Assembly (NCBI GenBank): GCA_963674735.2
Contig: CAXXQS010000001.1
Location: 1,344,001-1,408,000, forward strand
Source: Myxococcota bacterium
GTDB taxonomy: Bacteria; Myxococcota_A; SURF-8
DNA length: 64,000 nt
Direction of reading: 5' to 3'
Shown here: piece after piece, positions 59,548 to 64,000 of the stretch
Layout of the letters: each line of letters begins with the position of its first letter
Numbering within the stretch: position 1 is the first letter of the stretch
Notes under the pieces: model-generated
The model's input: the letters and a program-made list of their open reading frames with translations, nothing else
Databases searched by the model: none
Told to the model about the DNA's origin: nothing
Made by a program: the position numbers and the translations under genes

Positions 59548-61191
59548 TTACTTGTCTTTTGGTGTCGTCTTCAACTCCAGGGCGGTTTTGATGAGTTGAT
59601 AGAAAAGCTCAGCCGGTTTTTCGAGTTGGCTGGTCAATTCCGGGTGGAACTGGCTGGCCATGAAGAACGGGTGCTCCGGTAATTCCATCACCTGCATGAT
59701 TTGACCGCCCGGAGCGTGTCCGGAGAAAACCAGTCCTTTGGCCGTCAGGCGCTCAACATAATCCGGGTTGATCTCGTAGCGATGGCGGAAACGTCGGCGG
59801 ATGTGGGTTTCACGCCCGTAATATTCCCATGCTTTGGTGTTTTCGACCAAAATCACATCCTGGCCGCCCAAACGCATCGTGCCGCCCTTGTTTGTGACGT
59901 TGATCTGTTCCGGTAAAATGCAAACCACCGGATCTTTGGTCGATCCGCCGTCTGCTTCGATTTCCGTTGTGTTGGCTCCGGTAATGCCGCAAATATTTCG
60001 GGCGAATTCGATAACGGCAAGCTGCATGCCGTAGCAGATTCCCAAAAATGGAATATTCCGTTCACGGCAAGCCTGGATGACTTTGATTTTTCCTTCGATA
60101 CCTCGGGTCCCGAATCCGCCGGGCACGATGACGGCATCCGCTCCTTCCATGGCTTTTTCGATCGAAAGCCTGCCCTCTTCGACCTCGGTCGTTTCAATCC
60201 AGGTGAGATTGATCTTGGCGTCGAGATGGGCTTGAGTGTGACTCAGAGCTTCGAGGATGGAAGCATAGGAGTCGTGGAGATCACAGTACTTACCGCATAT
60301 CGCAACGGTAATTTGGGTTTTGCTCTCTTTGTCCATCATCCGTGTAACCAGCTTACGCCAGTTTTCAAGGCGAGGTGGAGAATAAATCTTCAACTTCTTG
60401 TGAACGATGGCCGTTACCCCTTCCTGCTCGTATAGCAGCGGGATGCGGTACACCGTATCTACGTCTTCTCCGCTGATCACGGCCGAGGCGTCGATGTCAC
60501 AGAAAAGAGCGATTTTCTCTTTGATTTTCTGGGTAAGAGGCAGTTTGCTACGTGCGATGATGATATCGGGATAGATGCCGCGCTCATTTAAAAGCTTAAC
60601 CGATTGCTGCGAAGGTTTGGACTTTTGTTCTTCTACCCCGGACGGAATCGGAACGTAGGTCAGATGAACGAAAATGATGTTATCTCGACCGACATCTCGG
60701 CGTAACTGGCGGACGCTCTCTAAAAAGAGTTCGTTTTCCATGTCGCCGACCGTGCCGCCGATTTCGACCAACAGAACTTCAGCTTTTTCTTTCTTGGCGA
60801 TGGCAAAAAGACCGCCTTTGATCGCATCCGTAACATGGGGAATCAACTGGACGGTCTGGCCGAGGAAATCCCCACGGCGTTCACGCTCCAGAATCATCTT
60901 GTAAACCTTCCCCATGGTCAGGTTCCAGGTGAATTTGCAGGTGACATTGAGGAAGCGCTCGTAATGACCGAAGTCCATGTCGACTTCGCCGCCATCGTCG
61001 AGAACAAACACTTCACCGTGTTCGATGGGATTCATCGTACCCGGATCCGTATTCAGGTAACCATCGCATTTTACCGGCACGATGCTCAAGCGATCTGATA
61101 GAAGGTGACCGATGGAGGCGGACGAAATGCCCTTCCCCAATCCGGAAAGCACACCACCTGTTACTACGATGAATTTCGGCCCGTTATACAT
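59548..61191 (-). CDS. pyrG: CTP synthase
   Basis: TGGVLSGLGKG, GHYERF, EIGGTVGD, PGGFG, GICYGMQ, QFHPE. Confidence 0.98.
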   Translation of the reverse strand: MYNGPKFIVVTGGVLSGLGKGISSASIGHLLSDRLSIVPVKCDGYLNTDPGTMNPIEHGEVFVLDDGGEVDMDFGHYERFLNVTCKFTWNLTMGKVYKMILERERRGDFLGQTVQLIPHVTDAIKGGLFAIAKKEKAEVLLVEIGGTVGDMENELFLESVRQLRRDVGRDNIIFVHLTYVPIPSGVEEQKSKPSQQSVKLLNERGIYPDIIIARSKLPLTQKIKEKIALFCDIDASAVISGEDVDTVYRIPLLYEQEGVTAIVHKKLKIYSPPRLENWRKLVTRMMDKESKTQITVAICGKYCDLHDSYASILEALSHTQAHLDAKINLTWIETTEVEEGRLSIEKAMEGADAVIVPGGFGTRGIEGKIKVIQACRERNIPFLGICYGMQLAVIEFARNICGITGANTTEIEADGGSTKDPVVCILPEQINVTNKGGTMRLGGQDVILVENTKAWEYYGRETHIRRRFRHRYEINPDYVERLTAKGLVFSGHAPGGQIMQVMELPEHPFFMASQFHPELTSQLEKPAELFYQLIKTALELKTTPKDK

Positions 61192-61516
61192 CCTGAACTC
61201 CCATCGATATCTGGGGTGAAACGTCTTCTAGGCTATTTTGCTTTTGAGTCTTCGGGCTGGCATTTCCAGTGATCCGCATGGCCGGGATTATAGGTGAAGT
61301 TTCACAGAAATCAACTCCTTTTTCTAACCAAATTCCAGCAAATTGTGGTGATGCCAGTGTAAGTAGGCTGAAAATGGCAGGAAAATGAGTTCTTTCTCCT
61401 ATCTAGCATTCAAGTATTTGCCGTAACTGAATTATTCGATTTGAGCGCACTTGATCTTGTCGCCAAGATATGCCACAATCGGCGAGCAATTCAAAATATC
61501 AATGAGGAAACCCGTT

Positions 61517-62401
61517 ATGAAGCCACTCGAATTGGCGTGGGCGTCCATTCCCGGCTGGATTCGCTTCTGTTTGATGGTTGTTCTCGTCTCATCTCTTTTA
61601 TTGGCTTGTGGAGGCGATGACAGTTCGAAGAGCCACGACGATGATGACGACAACGACGACGACGAGAAGTCGGACGGCGATGACAATCCCGACGACGACG
61701 TGGTGGAGACTCCCTTCGCCGACGGCGAATTCGAAGAAACCGGTATTCCTCTAGTCGACCGGATGCTGTCTGCGGCCGAACAATGCGGCACACAGAATCC
61801 GAATACGGTGCCTCCCGGCTGGAGGATGGTGTTGGCAGGTGAACAGGGATGCACGTTTATGGCTCCTCCTGACTGGGAAGCGCTTGGGGCAGGCACAACG
61901 GTTACCTTGGTTCAAGAAGATGCAAACGGCACAACCGGCTTCATTTTGATGGGAGGTGTTCCGGATTTACAGGCGCAAGTCGACTGCAGCCCGTCCGGTG
62001 TTTCTCAATACATGGCGGCCAACATGGAACAAACCGGCTGTGCAGATGTGCAGACGTTATTGCTGGATGTTTACACGGAAGACTTTTTAGGACAAGCCGT
62101 CCCGATGGCGGACTACTTTTACTCCTGCCGGAAAAACTCTGTATCTTTGGTGGGTTATCAATGGATCAGCATACATGGCACACAACCGTTGTGTAACATC
62201 CTGGTTCTCGGCCTCTGGATGTCTCAAGAACAGATCGAAGCGAAAGCATGCACGCTGACCCAAATCATGAACTCGATCAAGTGTCCATCAGGCGCAAGCG
62301 GTGATTGCGATGATGCGAGCTGCGCCAACTCTTGTCGCGAACAGGACGCCCAGGGAGGAGCTTGCAACGATAACGACGAATGTGTTTGTTTTTCCTCATA
62401 A
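61517..62401 (+). CDS. Lipoprotein with acidic linker and Cys-rich C-terminal module
   Basis: Lipobox LLAC; poly-Asp linker; terminal CDDASCANSC...GGAC...CVC. Confidence 0.82.
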   Translation: MKPLELAWASIPGWIRFCLMVVLVSSLLLACGGDDSSKSHDDDDDNDDDEKSDGDDNPDDDVVETPFADGEFEETGIPLVDRMLSAAEQCGTQNPNTVPPGWRMVLAGEQGCTFMAPPDWEALGAGTTVTLVQEDANGTTGFILMGGVPDLQAQVDCSPSGVSQYMAANMEQTGCADVQTLLLDVYTEDFLGQAVPMADYFYSCRKNSVSLVGYQWISIHGTQPLCNILVLGLWMSQEQIEAKACTLTQIMNSIKCPSGASGDCDDASCANSCREQDAQGGACNDNDECVCFSS

Positions 62402-62432
62402 TTCAACGAAAAGTGTTGACTGGAGCAAAGAT

Positions 62433-64000
62433 ATGAAGTGGTTCACGATTGTTACGACTTTGATAGCCCTGACATTCGTTACGGGATGTACCGGTTCGGA
62501 TTATCTGATTGCTGAAGTGGATGGCGATCTTTCAACGTCCGATGGTGATGTGGAGCAAATGGGAGGCGAGGAAACCCAGACCGTTTCCGAAAACTTCAAG
62601 GTTCGCGAAAGTGTCGAACAATTACACATCTGGCAAGCGGAACCCGAAACGGATTTTGAAGTACTCAATGCCGAAAAAGTGGTTTTATTTTCCGGTGCAA
62701 CCGATTATCAAGGAAGCCTCGTCATTCGAAACCTTCCGCCCGGAACGGATTATCTTGTTCGCGTGGTGGAGAATCCAACCGAATTTACGGATCAGCTGAC
62801 TGTTAGGTCGGTCGAGGACAGCTATCCGGATCCTTCTTTTTATACAGATCAGGTTCTAGAACCGGGTTATGGATACATAACCATGCGAGATGGCACGACT
62901 TTATCTGTATTTGTGTCCCTACCTGGACCGCCAGAGGATGGCCCCTACCCCACTCTCGTCAATTACTCCGGTTATAGTCCGTCAAGTCCTGGAGAATCGC
63001 TAGGCGGTGTAGCAGAAGCTTTCTGCGGGGAATTCCCGGTATTATGTGACGCTCCCAACCACCCATTCGGGATTATCGGTGGAGTCATGGGCTACGCAAC
63101 CGTCGGGGTCAATATCCGTGGAACCGGCTGTTCCGGTGGCGCGTATGACTATTTCGAGACTCTGCAATTGCTGGATGGTTACGACACGGTCGAAATCATT
63201 GCCAATCAAGACTGGGTGAAGAATAACCAGGTCGGCCTCGTCGGACTTTCTTACCCGGGAATCACACAACTTTTCGTCGCTTCGACTCGACCTCCCGGAT
63301 TAGCGGCCATTGCACCGTTTTCCGTTATTGCCGACACTTATTCTTCAACATTGCTACCGGGCGGCATTTACAATACCGGGTTTGCCCTCGAATGGATCGA
63401 AAACGTCATGAACAAGGCCGAGCCTTACGCGCATAATTGGATTACCGAATTGGTCGAATCGGGCGATGCGATTTGCGAGGAAAACCAGCTTTTACACAGT
63501 CAGCTCGTGGATGCCATCGCCAAAGCCCTGGACAACCCCTATTACTCTGACGAACTCGCCAAGCCCATCGACCCGACAAGTTTCGCCGATCAAATAGACG
63601 TCCCGGTTTTTTTGGTCGGTCAGTGTCAGGATGAACAAACCGGTCCTCATTTTCCAGCTCTCTTCGATAAGTTCACCGCCTCCCCGCTCACACGATTTAC
63701 GATGACGAATGGTGTACATATTGATGGTTTCGCGACTCAGGTTCTCGGTGAATGGTTTAACTTCGTCTCTTTCTATGTCGATCAGGAAATCCCTGATCTA
63801 CCTCAATCCGCCCTATCCTTGGTGCCGATTTTCATGGAGCAGGTTTTCGATGCCCCAAACCTGGATTTTCCGCCATTACGCTTCAGCGAGTATTCCGATT
63901 TTGCGGAGGCAAAAGCTGATTTCGAGCAGGAAGATAATATCCGGGTTATTTTCGAATCCGGCGCAGCTCCCGATCTGGTTGCAGGAGCTCCAAAGGGCAC
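62433..64000 (+). CDS. CocE/NonD family serine hydrolase lipoprotein (runs off the window)
   Basis: Not in the ORF track. Read manually from ATG 62433: MKWFTIVTTLIALTFVTGC, ITMRDGTTLS, NIRGTGCSGG, DGYDTVE, GLSYPG. Confidence 0.9.
   Translation, partial: MKWFTIVTTLIALTFVTGCTGSDYLIAEVDGDLSTSDGDVEQMGGEETQTVSENFKVRESVEQLHIWQAEPETDFEVLNAEKVVLFSGATDYQGSLVIRNLPPGTDYLVRVVENPTEFTDQLTVRSVEDSYPDPSFYTDQVLEPGYGYITMRDGTTLSVFVSLPGPPEDGPYPTLVNYSGYSPSSPGESLGGVAEAFCGEFPVLCDAPNHPFGIIGGVMGYATVGVNIRGTGCSGGAYDYFETLQLLDGYDTVEIIANQDWVKNNQVGLVGLSYPGITQLFVASTRPPGLAAIAPFSVIADTYSSTLLPGGIYNTGFALEWIENVMNKAEPYAHNWITELVESGDAICEENQLLHSQLVDAIAKALDNPYYSDELAKPIDPTSFADQIDVPVFLVGQCQDEQTGPHFPALFDKFTASPLTRFTMTNGVHIDGFATQVLGEWFNFVSFYVDQEIPDLPQSALSLVPIFMEQVFDAPNLDFPPLRFSEYSDFAEAKADFEQEDNIRVIFESGAAPDLVAGAPKG

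Overview
A 64-kb bacterial chromosomal segment whose gene content resembles the former Deltaproteobacteria (Myxococcota/Desulfobacterota-like): Cys-rich and Asp-rich lipoproteins, PilZ, J-domain/TPR and FHA-sigma54 proteins. The left end (1-1720) is the decayed edge of an island integrated at tRNA-Leu(CAG), with a GTAG-REP doublet and a frameshifted gene remnant. Next come a USP / beta-barrel / 13-heme cytochrome / Ig-lipoprotein operon, lptD, and an RRE-fused radical SAM/SPASM gene followed by an unannotated 30-aa Cys-containing peptide ORF (candidate new RiPP system, the top finding). Then follow a lipoprotein-TonB receptor-ECF uptake operon with a NikR-like operator and several indels, recN-nadK, and a sigma54-driven TauE/DUF1634 multi-receiver signalling cluster whose proteins share an 'AxAFAEA' motif. 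The right end holds the lysS-lolCD-bamA-skp-lpxD-lpxA block, yfgM-bamB, a dif-like site where KOPS polarity switches (probable replication terminus), a SEC-C/GT2 gene, an archaeal-type pyrG, a lipoprotein ending in a defensin-like six-Cys motif, and a truncated CocE/NonD hydrolase. All calls come from reading motifs by eye; no searches were run.
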